From an uncultured Polyangiales bacterium (GTDB taxonomy: Bacteria; Myxococcota_A; Polyangia; Polyangiales; DASUME01), in contig CAYNOM010000002.1 of the NCBI GenBank assembly GCA_964398415.1, forward strand, positions 4,292-44,068: DNA of 39,777 bases. The letters run 5' to 3'. Shown here piece after piece: positions 1 through 9,227 of the stretch (positions within the stretch are counted from its first letter, which is position 1; every line of letters begins with the position of its first letter). The translations under genes and the position numbers were made by a program. The notes below the pieces were generated by a model. It was given only the letters and a program-made list of their open reading frames with translations. It was not told the origin of the DNA and searched no databases.

Positions 1-1141
1 CGCAGAAGTACCACTCGGGCTCGCACACGGTGGGCCAGGCCTCACCGCCGCCCGTGCAGGCGTACGCAATTTCCGAGCTTTGACGCTCGACGCAGTCCTG
101 CCACACCGCCATCTCGCCCGTGCAGGTCTCGATCTGCGTGGGGCAGCTACAGTCTGCGACCGACGTGGGGCCTTGGGAGCAGGCGGCATCCGTGAGCCCC
201 ACACACAGCGCGTCGCAGTCGGGCACGTTCGTCGAGTCGGGCGGCGCGCATTGGACCACCGCGAGCGAGGCATTCCAGGCGAGGCCCGGCGCGCGCCGTC
301 CTACGTGTTGGCAGGGGCGTCCGCCTACCTGGAAGCTGCCCTCGAAGTGGTCGTCGTCCGAGAAGGTGAGCGTGCCCGTGGTGCCCTCGCCGGTCACGCC
401 CAGTGTGCGATCGGTGAGCAGCGCGGTGTACATGCCCTCGGCGCCGATGCTGTAGGTGTCGCCTTCGCGCGTGATCTCCCACACGACAAAGCCGGAGGTG
501 CCTGGGCAATTGGTGTTCGAGGCCCACATGCCCGTGATGTCGCCGAGGGGCAGGGCCACGCTGCCACCGCCATCACGACCGCCCTCGCCCGTGCCCCCAT
601 CTCCGCCATCGCTGCCCCCGGCAGAAGGCGGGCGCGGCACGATCGCGTAGAAGCTGAAGTGATCGCTCTCGACCTTGGCTCTGCCGCCCTTCACCGGATC
701 GTCAGCGGTCATGACTTCGCCCCAGTCGGCGTCTTTCTCGTCATCTAGGACCACCACGGACAGCTGCTTTTCAGGCGTGTCCCGATACATGTCTGGCACG
801 GGCAAAGTGATTTCGACCGCCTTCTCGAACTTCGTGCCATGGGGCTCGAGCTTGACAGGCTTTTGCACCTCGCGACTTTCGTCGACTTGGGGCAGGTCCT
901 TGACCTTGTCGTCTGAGACCTCGGAAACCGTGATCTCGATCTCTTCCTTCAGTGCGTCCTTCGGAATCGACACGCGCACACCGGACTCGAGCGCGAGCTC
1001 AGCACCTGCAGGTCCAACCTTGGCCTTCACACTATCTCTGCCCGAGTAGACCTCGAGCTTGGGTGTGATGTCGTCGAACCAATCGCCACAGCCGGCCGAC
1101 ATGGTCAGCACAGCGCAGAGCATCACGTATGCGCGCATCAT
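1..1141 (-). CDS. Secreted lipoprotein with Cys-rich C-terminal part; 3' end lies outside the window
   Basis: The minus-strand frame is stop-free from ATG-ATG (1141/1138) to position 1, so it is absent from the ORF track. GGGGG Shine-Dalgarno at 1146-1150. N-terminus MMRAYVMLCAVLTMSAGC is a signal peptide plus lipobox. GC-rich third codon positions. Confidence 0.6.
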   Translation of the reverse strand, partial: MMRAYVMLCAVLTMSAGCGDWFDDITPKLEVYSGRDSVKAKVGPAGAELALESGVRVSIPKDALKEEIEITVSEVSDDKVKDLPQVDESREVQKPVKLEPHGTKFEKAVEITLPVPDMYRDTPEKQLSVVVLDDEKDADWGEVMTADDPVKGGRAKVESDHFSFYAIVPRPPSAGGSDGGDGGTGEGGRDGGGSVALPLGDITGMWASNTNCPGTSGFVVWEITREGDTYSIGAEGMYTALLTDRTLGVTGEGTTGTLTFSDDDHFEGSFQVGGRPCQHVGRRAPGLAWNASLAVVQCAPPDSTNVPDCDALCVGLTDAACSQGPTSVADCSCPTQIETCTGEMAVWQDCVERQSSEIAYACTGGGEAWPTVCEPEWYFC

Positions 1142-1225
1142 TTTCCCCCTCGTGCACGAGGCATTATCTCGCACTAGCGTACGTGCGCAGGACCGCGTTG
1201 AAAACCGGTGTGACGCATGCCTACA

Positions 1226-2803
1226 TCAGAGGAAGTCTCGGCCCCTGCCCGCTGCGCGTGCGACCGCCTCGAGCAAGTCTGCCGCGCGCACCGGCTTGTG
1301 CAGCACGGCGTCGTGGTGCTGCTCGATGAAGCTGCGCTGGTCTTGGCTCGCACCGCCCGAGGTCACGAAGACGATGCGATCTTTCAGATCGGGGCGCTCG
1401 GCCTCGAGCCACGCGTAGAGCTCACAGCCGTCGATCCCTGGCAGATCGACCTCGCACAGCAGCACATCGGCGTGGGAGCCCGACTCGAGCAACTCGATGG
1501 CTTCGCGACCCTCCCTGGCCACGAGCAAACGGTGCCCGCCCGACAGCACGCGCGCGTAGGCACGCAGCATGTGCGGATCTTCGTCGACGATCAGAACGCT
1601 CGGCATGCCGTGGTGTGAAGACGCGGGGATGGGCGTGCTCCTGCGCCTCACGGCATCACGCACGTCGTCCGGCCTCGCGACCGGCAAGAGGCACACGAAG
1701 GTCGCGCCCTCCTGGTACACGGATTCGACCGCCAACTCTCCGCCGATCTTGCGCAGGATCGAGCGTGAGATGGACAGACCTAGGCCCGTGCCCAGGTCCT
1801 GACGCTTGGTGGTGAAAAAGGGATCGAAGATGCGCTCGATCGATTCGGGCGCGATGCCTGGTCCGGTGTCGCTGATCGCGATGGCTACGTGCTCGTCGTC
1901 GGCGCGCGCGCTCACGCGGATGCGGTGCACGGGGCGCACAATCTCTTCGATCGCGTGGCCCGCATTGACGAGCACGTTGACGAGCACCTGCGTGATGCGA
2001 TGTCGCGGCAGGGCGAGCTTGGGCAGATGGGGTGCGTAGTCGCGCTCGAGCAGGGCCTTGCGCAGCACGTCACGGCCCGCCAGCCGCACCGCGTGATCGA
2101 TGAGCTCCGACACCTCCACGACCTCGAGCGGCTCATGCTCGTCGGTGCGGGCAAAGACCCGCAGATCGCGCACGATGGAGGCGATGGCGTCCGTGGCCGA
2201 AGAGAGATCGTCGAACAGCTGCGTGCTCGAGCGCGTGGTCTCGAGCTGCGCGACGCGCTTCAGGCGTGCGAGCGCTTCGCTCGGGGCGGCCTCGCCCGCC
2301 TCCGCGGCGCGCATCACCTCCCAGGCAGCCTCGAGTGCGGGCAGCAGGCGGGCGCGGGCGGCATCGAGCGACAGCATCACCGCGCTCAGGGGGTTGTTGA
2401 TCTCGTGGCCCACGCCCGCCACCAAAGTGCCGAGCGCAGTCAGCTTCTCAGAGTGGGCGAAGCTCTCGTAGAGCCGCTCCGTCTCGGCGCGCATGCCAGC
2501 GCGCACCCCGAGCCGGGCCACGAATGCGGCGAGCTCCGCGGGGTCGCTCGGCGACACGACGGCCGCCTCGTCTGCGCCAGCCGCGAGGGCCAAGAGCACC
2601 GTGGGTTCGTCGGGCGCCACGTAGCCGACGGGGGCGGTCGGCCACAGCGCGCGCGCCTCGGTCACCGCGGCCTGGGCGCCGCCGTCGAAGAACACCACAT
2701 GGAGACGCTTGCCGCGCGCCCAGGGCAACTCGTCCAGCACGCGAACGAGTCGCTCCCGCACGTCCGGGCTGTGGACCAGGAGCAGCGTGCGCACCTCAGA
2801 CAT
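1226..2803 (-). CDS. Hybrid sensor histidine kinase / response regulator (degenerate REC - HisKA - HATPase - REC), soluble
   Basis: H-box HEINNPLSAV. ATPase boxes NVLVNAGHA, DTGPGI, GTGLGLS. C-terminal receiver VLIVDEDP...LLCEVDLPGIDG...HKP. The N-terminal ~110 aa resembles a receiver lacking the acidic pair (LLLVHSPD). No TM helix seen. Confidence 0.9.
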   Translation of the reverse strand: MSEVRTLLLVHSPDVRERLVRVLDELPWARGKRLHVVFFDGGAQAAVTEARALWPTAPVGYVAPDEPTVLLALAAGADEAAVVSPSDPAELAAFVARLGVRAGMRAETERLYESFAHSEKLTALGTLVAGVGHEINNPLSAVMLSLDAARARLLPALEAAWEVMRAAEAGEAAPSEALARLKRVAQLETTRSSTQLFDDLSSATDAIASIVRDLRVFARTDEHEPLEVVEVSELIDHAVRLAGRDVLRKALLERDYAPHLPKLALPRHRITQVLVNVLVNAGHAIEEIVRPVHRIRVSARADDEHVAIAISDTGPGIAPESIERIFDPFFTTKRQDLGTGLGLSISRSILRKIGGELAVESVYQEGATFVCLLPVARPDDVRDAVRRRSTPIPASSHHGMPSVLIVDEDPHMLRAYARVLSGGHRLLVAREGREAIELLESGSHADVLLCEVDLPGIDGCELYAWLEAERPDLKDRIVFVTSGGASQDQRSFIEQHHDAVLHKPVRAADLLEAVARAAGRGRDFL

Positions 2804-2833
2804 CGAAGAGGTGATAGTCCTCCCCTGGCAGGC

Positions 2834-3925
2834 CTACCTCAAGGCAAATTTGCCTGTGACTTCCAAGACAGAGGCCGCACGGGTGAAGCCTGCGCCCTGG
2901 CCGTACAGTCCCACCCAAGCACCGCGCGAGAGTCGGCCGAGCGTGCGCGCACGCTCTAGGTTGATGATGGGACCACAGGCGCCCACATGTCCCGTCTCGG
3001 GGTAGGTCGTCATCGCGATCTCGCGGGCGAGGCCAAGCCGCTCGGCGATAGCTCCCGGAATGAAGCCGCGCGGCATCACGGAGGCGAGCACCGACAGGCG
3101 TGCGACATCGACTGTCGCGCACCGCGCCGCTTCGACCAGGGCTTCGGCGCCGAAGGTGACCGTCTCGCGCATCAGGGCTTTGGCGCGTTCGGGCGTGCGA
3201 CTGCCGAGGCGAAACGCGCCCCCGGCACACCACCAGGGCTTGTCGCTCTCATCGTCCATGCCGCGAATCCAGGTCACGGTGGAAGCGTGCTCGCCGTGCG
3301 TGACACCGAAGGCACCGCGCAACGTCAGCCCGTCGCCGCGTCCGAGCACGAGCGCAGTGGCCGCATCGCCGAGGCCTGGTGCGGCGGGATGCAAAAGCGG
3401 GAAGGTGCGTAGGAGCAGGTGCGACTGCGTGAGCAGCACGACGCGCGCGAGACCCGACGCAAGGTAAGCGCGTGCCACCTCGAGCTGGGCCACCGAGCTT
3501 GCGCAGCCGGCTTCGACGCCGAGCGCCATGGCGCGCGTCGCACCGATGCGCTGGGCCACCTCGCAACCCGTGGGCGGGATGATGCGCTCGGGTACCACCG
3601 CGTTCGAGAGCACGAGATCGACCTCGGCCGGATCGATGCCCGCATCGTCGAGCGCACGCAGCGCCGCGTGGGTCTCCGCCTCCGCGGCGGTCGTGGTGGC
3701 ATCTGCCACCCGACGCTCTCGGGCCCCCAGGAACGGATCGTCGGCCTCGCGGGCGAGGTCACGTGCGAGGATGCGTGCGGCCTCGGGATCGTGCGACTCG
3801 GGAATGTCGTTGAACGTGCGCTCGCCGACCTGCTCTTCGCGCCGGGTGAAGTTTTCGGGCCAGGCGTCGTTGCGTCGGATCTGAGCGGGCAGAAAACTGC
3901 CGATGCCGAGAATCGAGATGTTCAT
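2834..3925 (-). CDS. KASIII (FabH)-like thiolase-fold enzyme, atypical catalytic residues
   Basis: Starts at the internal ATG (MNISILGIGSFLP), not at the ORF start 4306. That ATG overlaps the upstream stop as ATGA (3922-3925), with GGGAGGA 6 nt upstream. Active-site Cys context GVEAGCASS. LGDAATALVL and C-terminal YGQGAGFT resemble FabH. By-eye alignment puts non-canonical residues at the FabH His/Asn positions. Confidence 0.8.
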   Translation of the reverse strand: MNISILGIGSFLPAQIRRNDAWPENFTRREEQVGERTFNDIPESHDPEAARILARDLAREADDPFLGARERRVADATTTAAEAETHAALRALDDAGIDPAEVDLVLSNAVVPERIIPPTGCEVAQRIGATRAMALGVEAGCASSVAQLEVARAYLASGLARVVLLTQSHLLLRTFPLLHPAAPGLGDAATALVLGRGDGLTLRGAFGVTHGEHASTVTWIRGMDDESDKPWWCAGGAFRLGSRTPERAKALMRETVTFGAEALVEAARCATVDVARLSVLASVMPRGFIPGAIAERLGLAREIAMTTYPETGHVGACGPIINLERARTLGRLSRGAWVGLYGQGAGFTRAASVLEVTGKFALR

Positions 3926-5751
3926 CGCGATCCTCCCTGCGTACGCAGCGACATTTGCTGCAGCGCCTCGACGCGTCCGCCACCGCGAATGCGTACGGAA
4001 GCGTCGATGCGCGCGTCGATCAGCGCGGGGCCTCCGCCGGCGAGCAGCTGATCGATGAGGGGTTTGGTGATCTGTGCGGGCCGAGATACGACCAGGCCCT
4101 GCATCCCGAGCGCACGCGCCCAGGCGGCGAAGTCGACCGGCGGAGTGTCGTAGTAGGCCGCGTGGCCGAAGAGCTGGCGCATGCCGTGGTGCACCATGTT
4201 GTAGCGACCGTCGTTGAACACCACGAACAACACCGGCAAGCGCTCGCGCACCGCCACCAGCGCCTCCATGCCGCTCATTTGCATGCAGCCGTCTCCGGTC
4301 ACGCACACCACGCGTCGCGTGGGATCGGCGATGGCGATGCCGATCGCGCTGGCGATGCCCGAGCCCATGCTGCCGAGGTTGAGCTGCATCTGAAACTGCG
4401 AGGGATCGGCCGCGGTGAGGTAGTGGAGGCAGAACAGCATGTGCTCGCCGATGTCCGTGACGAAGCGCGCGTCTGGGCCGGCGGCGCGCTGCAGATCGGA
4501 CAGCAGGCGGTGGGGGCGCACGGGGCTCGACTCATCGTGCGCGGCCTCGGGCACATCGAAGGGCGAGATGCTCTTGGCATCGCGTAGCGCGGCGCGTGCC
4601 GCGTCGTTCGTGCCGCCCTCGCGCATGAGGGTGCGCGTGAGGGCATCGACAAAGGTGCCCACCTCGGCGCGCAGGCCGAGCGTGGTGGCGAGGTTGCGAC
4701 CGAACACCGATGCGTCGAGATCGACGTGGTACAGGCGTCCGTCACGCCCGACGTAGGGCGTCATGCCCACCGAGGTGTCGTCGAGATCGGTGCCGAGGGC
4801 CACGCACACGTCGACGTGCCCCGCGGTATAGCGACGCGCCCACATCGATGCGGCCATGCCTCCGTTGCGCAGCGAGCGTGGATGTCGCTCGCTGACGAGG
4901 CCCTTTGCGCGTGGTGTCGTGACGAAGGGCAGATCTGCGGCGTCGACCAAGGCGCGCAGCTTTGCTTCGTGTCCACGGCAGCCGGCGCCGATCACGAGCA
5001 GCGGCCTCACGGCATCGAGCAGCGCGCGCGCCACGACCTCGATGCGCTCGGCGTCGACTTGGATGTCGACGTACAGCCGCGCGGTGCTGACCTCGAGGGG
5101 TGCGCACTCGGCCATGGCGTGATCGAGCGGCAGCACGAACAGGGCTGGCCCGGGGTGGAGCTCGTCGGTGGCGACGTCGAGTGCTGCGAGCGCTTGGCTG
5201 ACCACGCTACGCGGGTGTGCGGAGCGCACCTGAACACGCGTGATCGAGGCGTAGAGGGATTCGGCGGCCAGGCCCTCGGGGCCTGAATCTTGCGCCATGC
5301 GCCCGCCGCTCGAGGCCCACGCCACGTCGCCCGCAATGATCAGCATCGGCGTGCGCTCGAGGCTCGCCGAGGCGACGCCCGTCACTGCGTTGGTGATGCC
5401 GGGTCCGGCCGTGACCACCACGCACGGCACCCGACCGTTTGTGCGGTGGTAGGCTGTGGCCGCGAAGGCCGCGTGGCTCTCGTGGCGCGACTCGATCAAG
5501 CGCGCGTCGGGATGCAGGCGGATGGCTTCGAACACGGGGCAGATGGGGCCACCGGGGATGCCGAAGAACGTGTCGATGCCACGCTGCACGAGGGCTTCGA
5601 TCAGGTGTCGTGCTGCCGCCTGCGGTGAGAGGCGTGAGCGCTCGGTGTCCGCGTGTGCGCGGGGAGTGAGCTCTCGGATGTGGGAGTCGCGTGCTGTCGC
5701 GCTGCGCTCGAGTGGGTCGAGCGGTGCGACGTCGCATTCGTGGCTGGCCAT
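3922..5751 (-). CDS. Thiamine diphosphate-dependent enzyme, acetolactate synthase large-subunit-like
   Basis: N-terminal Pyr domain ALVQRGIDTFFGIPGGPICPVFEAI. ThDP-binding motif GDGCMQMSGMEAL...VVFNDGRYN. Start is uncertain: ATG 5751 (MASHECD) preferred, ORF start 5853 possible. Confidence 0.85.
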   Translation of the reverse strand: MASHECDVAPLDPLERSATARDSHIRELTPRAHADTERSRLSPQAAARHLIEALVQRGIDTFFGIPGGPICPVFEAIRLHPDARLIESRHESHAAFAATAYHRTNGRVPCVVVTAGPGITNAVTGVASASLERTPMLIIAGDVAWASSGGRMAQDSGPEGLAAESLYASITRVQVRSAHPRSVVSQALAALDVATDELHPGPALFVLPLDHAMAECAPLEVSTARLYVDIQVDAERIEVVARALLDAVRPLLVIGAGCRGHEAKLRALVDAADLPFVTTPRAKGLVSERHPRSLRNGGMAASMWARRYTAGHVDVCVALGTDLDDTSVGMTPYVGRDGRLYHVDLDASVFGRNLATTLGLRAEVGTFVDALTRTLMREGGTNDAARAALRDAKSISPFDVPEAAHDESSPVRPHRLLSDLQRAAGPDARFVTDIGEHMLFCLHYLTAADPSQFQMQLNLGSMGSGIASAIGIAIADPTRRVVCVTGDGCMQMSGMEALVAVRERLPVLFVVFNDGRYNMVHHGMRQLFGHAAYYDTPPVDFAAWARALGMQGLVVSRPAQITKPLIDQLLAGGGPALIDARIDASVRIRGGGRVEALQQMSLRTQGGSR

Positions 5752-5897
5752 GCGTTTCCTACTGCAAAGATGTAAGCGGAGTCGTGCGAGCGCGGTGCGC
5801 TGCGCAACGACGCGCCGGCCCTGAGCAGCTTTCGTGCCGACCTTCGAGTGCAAGCGGGCTTACGTGCAGGCGCGCTTTGCAGAGCTTGTGCGCCTCA

Positions 5898-5928
5898 GGC
5901 TCTCTTCAGATCTGAAAGATCGAGAGCC
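5898..5928. terminator. Stem-loop downstream of the DUF2378-like gene
   Basis: ggctctc (5898-5904) pairs with gagagcc (5922-5928). The 17-nt loop contains the perfect palindrome tcagatctga (5906-5915). It lies 22 nt beyond the minus-strand stop at 5950. No U-tract. Confidence 0.2.
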
Positions 5929-5949
5929 GGGTGCGCAAGGCGGTGCTGT

Positions 5950-6690
5950 TCACCAATGAAGCAGGTGGCGCCCACGGAAGCGATCTTCGAGGATCGCTTG
6001 GGCTTCGACACGCATGCCGATGGCCTCGAACGTGCCCGTCGCTGCGCCGAGCAGATGCGATTCGATGTAGAAGTACTCTTCCGTCATCGTCACGACCGCG
6101 CTGCGCTCGCCAGGGAACTCGAGGTCCCAATGACCGAAGCTGTAGCTCTGCCGTCTGCCCGCTGCGCCCTGTTGGAGCAGCCGCTTCGGATCGTGAGACA
6201 GAAACCGCAACAACGTGCGGCCCAGGATGCTCTCCGCGAACGCCACCGCGTTGCGCCGGCCGATCTCGAACATGCCGTCGTGCACGCGCTCTGGCCCCAA
6301 CAAGAGCCCGCCCGCAATCGCGAGCCGCACCAAGTACTCGCTCGCGGGCTGCCAGGCGATGGCGCTGACGCGCTCAGGAAACAGATGTCGATAGGGCTCG
6401 ACGCGGCCTTCTCGGGTCAGAACGGCCTCGATGCTGCGAAAGTATAACCCCCGCACCTTGGCCGACGGCGGCACGAGTGGCAGCCGCTCGGTGAGATCAC
6501 AGTAGCGGCTCACCTCTTCGATCGCGCGTGTCCGTTCCACCCTCTGCACGGCGGAACGATAGCCGAATGTGTGACGGAGTGCCTTGGTTGGGCGGCGAAA
6601 GCCAGAGCGGCGAGCGTACTCAGCGTGGCGCAGCTCACTGAAACGCGACTCTATGCGGCGTAGGGACTTGATCCCGCGGCGAGGGGACAC
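5950..6690 (-). CDS. DUF2378 / TIGR02265 (Myxococcus paralogous family)-like protein
   Basis: C-terminal ~190 aa (VRGLYFRSIEAVL...YLVRLAIAGG...GRRNAVAFAESILGRTLL...HLLGAATGTFEAIG) resembles the myxobacterial DUF2378 family from memory. Good GC3. The true start is probably downstream of 6690 (non-ATG), because only 31 bp separate it from the divergent AraC gene. Confidence 0.55.
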   Translation of the reverse strand: MSPRRGIKSLRRIESRFSELRHAEYARRSGFRRPTKALRHTFGYRSAVQRVERTRAIEEVSRYCDLTERLPLVPPSAKVRGLYFRSIEAVLTREGRVEPYRHLFPERVSAIAWQPASEYLVRLAIAGGLLLGPERVHDGMFEIGRRNAVAFAESILGRTLLRFLSHDPKRLLQQGAAGRRQSYSFGHWDLEFPGERSAVVTMTEEYFYIESHLLGAATGTFEAIGMRVEAQAILEDRFRGRHLLHW

Positions 6691-6721
6691 GTAGCGTCAA
6701 GACAGCCTGCCCCAGACACTC

Positions 6722-7711
6722 ATGCGCGTCTCCACCGCCTTTCTGCGAACGTTTCAGGGCATCCTGCGCGAGCTCGGCGTGCAGGAGAGCGCGCTCTTGC
6801 CACTGCCCACCGCTGCCGATTCGATGGGCTGGGATGAGTGTCAGAAGCGCCTCGCGTTCACGCTGCGCCACGCGGAGGAGCCGGCGCTCGGGTTACGCGT
6901 GGGCGAGCGCATCAGCGTGTCTGCGCTCCACGTCGTCGGACATCTCATGCGAGCTGGCACCACCTTGCGCGAGGCGACGGGCCAGTTCTCGCGCTTTGCA
7001 CCGCTCGTGTGGGCGGGTGCGGCGTTCGTGCTGCGCGAGCAGGGCGACGAGGCCGCGTTCGGTTTTCGTCCGCCGAGCATCGATCGTGCAGGAGAGCGCT
7101 TCTGCACTGAGGCTGCGCTCACCGCCATCGTGCACGTCATCACGGCCACCCACCCATCGGGACGCGCCCCCCTACGCGTCGAGCTCGCCTACCCTCCACC
7201 CGACCATGATGCCGAGTATCCTCGAGCCTTCGGCTGTCCTGTGGTGTTCGACTGCGAGTGGAGCTGTGTCGTGTTTCCGCGCACGATGCTCGATGAGCGC
7301 CGCCACATGGCGGGCGACCCGCTCAAGCTGCGCTTGTTCGAGCGTGCGGAGCGTTTGCTTGCGACCAAGGAGCGCGGGCGCGATCTCGTGCTGCGCGTGA
7401 GCGAGGCCCTGCGCTCGGCCAGCCTCGGGCGCTTCGACGCAGAGAGCGTCGCGCGCACACTTGGGATGAGCCCGCGCGTGTTACGTCACAAGCTGCGCGA
7501 GCGCGGCACGTCCTTCGCAGGGCTCGTCGACGATGCGCGTCGCGAGATCGCCTGCGAGGCCCTGCGCTGCAATAGCTTGGACATCAAGGAGATTAGCGGT
7601 CGACTCGGCTTCTCCGAGCCTCGGGCATTTCACCGGGCCTTTCGGCGCTGGACGGGCACGACGCCGGCCCGCTTTCGCGCCGCCCACGGCATGTCGGCGT
7701 CTGGCGCATGA
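6722..7711 (+). CDS. AraC family transcriptional regulator
   Basis: C-terminal double HTH with signature LGFSEPRAFHRAFRRWTGTTPARFR. N-terminal AraC-type ligand/dimerisation-like domain. Confidence 0.9.
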   Translation: MRVSTAFLRTFQGILRELGVQESALLPLPTAADSMGWDECQKRLAFTLRHAEEPALGLRVGERISVSALHVVGHLMRAGTTLREATGQFSRFAPLVWAGAAFVLREQGDEAAFGFRPPSIDRAGERFCTEAALTAIVHVITATHPSGRAPLRVELAYPPPDHDAEYPRAFGCPVVFDCEWSCVVFPRTMLDERRHMAGDPLKLRLFERAERLLATKERGRDLVLRVSEALRSASLGRFDAESVARTLGMSPRVLRHKLRERGTSFAGLVDDARREIACEALRCNSLDIKEISGRLGFSEPRAFHRAFRRWTGTTPARFRAAHGMSASGA

Positions 7712-7766
7712 CCGACATCGCCGGGCCAGGGGCGCTTCACCCTCGGCGCGCGGCTATACTGCGCGG

Positions 7767-9224
7767 ATGGTGCGTTCTACATGGTTGTGCTTGGGTGTGC
7801 TCCTCGCCTGCGGGGATTCCGAGTCGGGCAAAAAGCTCCCGCAGATCGATGCGGGAGTCACAGATGGGGGCGTCGACGGCGGGGCGGCGGGTGAGGGCTT
7901 GCGCCTGCATCCCGACGGGCGCTTCTTCCGCGATGGCGCGGGGCGTGCGGTCATCTTTCGTGGGCTGAACGCGCGCATCGAGGGCGTGTTCGACGTCACC
8001 TTCGACGACGGGCGCATGCCGGTCGAGACGGTTCCGAGCTTCGGGGAGGCCGATTGTCGGCGCATGGCCGAGCTCGGGTTCACGTTGCTGCGCCTGCCCA
8101 TCAATTGGAGCGGCATCGAACCAGAAAAAGATCGCTTCGACGAGGCCTACCTGAAGCGCGTCGACGCCGTCATCGCCTGCCTGAAGCAGCAGGGCATCTA
8201 CACGCTGGTCGATCTGCATCAGGACGCCTATTCGAAAGAGATCGGCGAGGATGGTGCGCCGCTTTGGGCGATCGTGCCCGAGCCCGAGATGCTGCTCGAA
8301 GGGCCGCTCACAGAGGGTGAGCTCACGGGTCGCCGCATTTCAGCGCCTGTGGTCGCGGCGTTTCAGTCGTTCTTCGCAGACGGCGATCCGCACGGCCTCC
8401 AGGCCCAGTACATCGAGATGCTCGAGCACGTGGCTGCACGTTATGCCGACGAGCCCTTCGTGGTCGGCCTCGATCTGTTCAACGAGCCCTTCACGTCGCC
8501 GAAAACGCTCGCGCCATTCAACGCCCGCGCGGGAGCGGCAGTGCGCAAGGTGGCTCCCGACTTGACGGTGGTGTTCGAGCCCACCGGAGCCTGGAGTCGT
8601 GCGGGCGGAGAGGCCGTAGCGGGCCCCTTCCCCGTCGACAACGCCGTGTTCGCGCCGCACCTCTACGCGGTGTCGATCGAAGGCACCGACGAGGAGCGCG
8701 CGAACGTGACGCGCGAAGCGCTGCTTCCGAGCTTTCAGGCGGCAACGCGCGAAGCCCAAGCCTGGGGCACGGCCTGGCTGATCGGTGAGCTCGGCGCCGG
8801 ACCGAGCACCGCGAACTACGAGACGATCCTGCGCCTGTACTACGACCTGCAGGACGAGTTCTTGGTGTCGTCGGCGCTGTGGCTGTGGAAGGAAAACAGC
8901 CAAGGCAGCTGGGGTCTGTTCGACGATGTCGACGGCACCTGGGTTGAGCGGCCCAGGATGGTCGAGCTCGTCTCGAGGCCCTACGCCACGCGCATCGCCG
9001 GCACGCCCACCCAGATGGGCTTTTCGGGCACGACGTTCAGCCTCGACTACCAGGATGCGCTCGACGCACCCAACGTGATCTTCGTGCCCGAGCGCTTCGC
9101 GGTCGATGCGGTCACCTGCGACGGCCAGGCCGTCGAGGCCTCCGCAACGCATGGGATGCTGCACATCGTCTGCCCTGAGGGCAGTGCCCACGCCCTGCGC
9201 GTCGAGCTCACGAACGCGGAGTGA
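7767..9224 (+). CDS. Glycoside hydrolase family 5 (cellulase / endoglycoceramidase-like) lipoprotein
   Basis: Internal ATG at 7767 gives MVRSTWLCLGVLLACG (lipobox). LRLPINWSGIEPE, VDLHQD, acid/base motif LFNEP, nucleophile motif IGELG. Confidence 0.85.
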   Translation: MVRSTWLCLGVLLACGDSESGKKLPQIDAGVTDGGVDGGAAGEGLRLHPDGRFFRDGAGRAVIFRGLNARIEGVFDVTFDDGRMPVETVPSFGEADCRRMAELGFTLLRLPINWSGIEPEKDRFDEAYLKRVDAVIACLKQQGIYTLVDLHQDAYSKEIGEDGAPLWAIVPEPEMLLEGPLTEGELTGRRISAPVVAAFQSFFADGDPHGLQAQYIEMLEHVAARYADEPFVVGLDLFNEPFTSPKTLAPFNARAGAAVRKVAPDLTVVFEPTGAWSRAGGEAVAGPFPVDNAVFAPHLYAVSIEGTDEERANVTREALLPSFQAATREAQAWGTAWLIGELGAGPSTANYETILRLYYDLQDEFLVSSALWLWKENSQGSWGLFDDVDGTWVERPRMVELVSRPYATRIAGTPTQMGFSGTTFSLDYQDALDAPNVIFVPERFAVDAVTCDGQAVEASATHGMLHIVCPEGSAHALRVELTNAE

Positions 9225-9227
9225 ACG

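Noticed and set aside
80-748. 222-aa plus-strand ORF (TTG start) at the window start, and other ORFs at 120-1049
   Set aside because: They are antisense or out of frame relative to the stop-free minus-strand lipoprotein frame, which has an SD, a signal peptide and a lipobox at 1141. The products are Arg/Ala/Gly-rich.
3926-4306. N-terminal 127-aa extension of the KASIII-like ORF, and similar extensions of the ORFs at 7533, 12950, 20490, 21981, 25613, 26767, 28258, 28608 and 30482
   Set aside because: The extensions are Arg-rich, overlap the preceding gene, and precede internal ATG/GTG/TTG starts. Those internal starts have Shine-Dalgarno motifs and give sensible N-termini or signal peptides.
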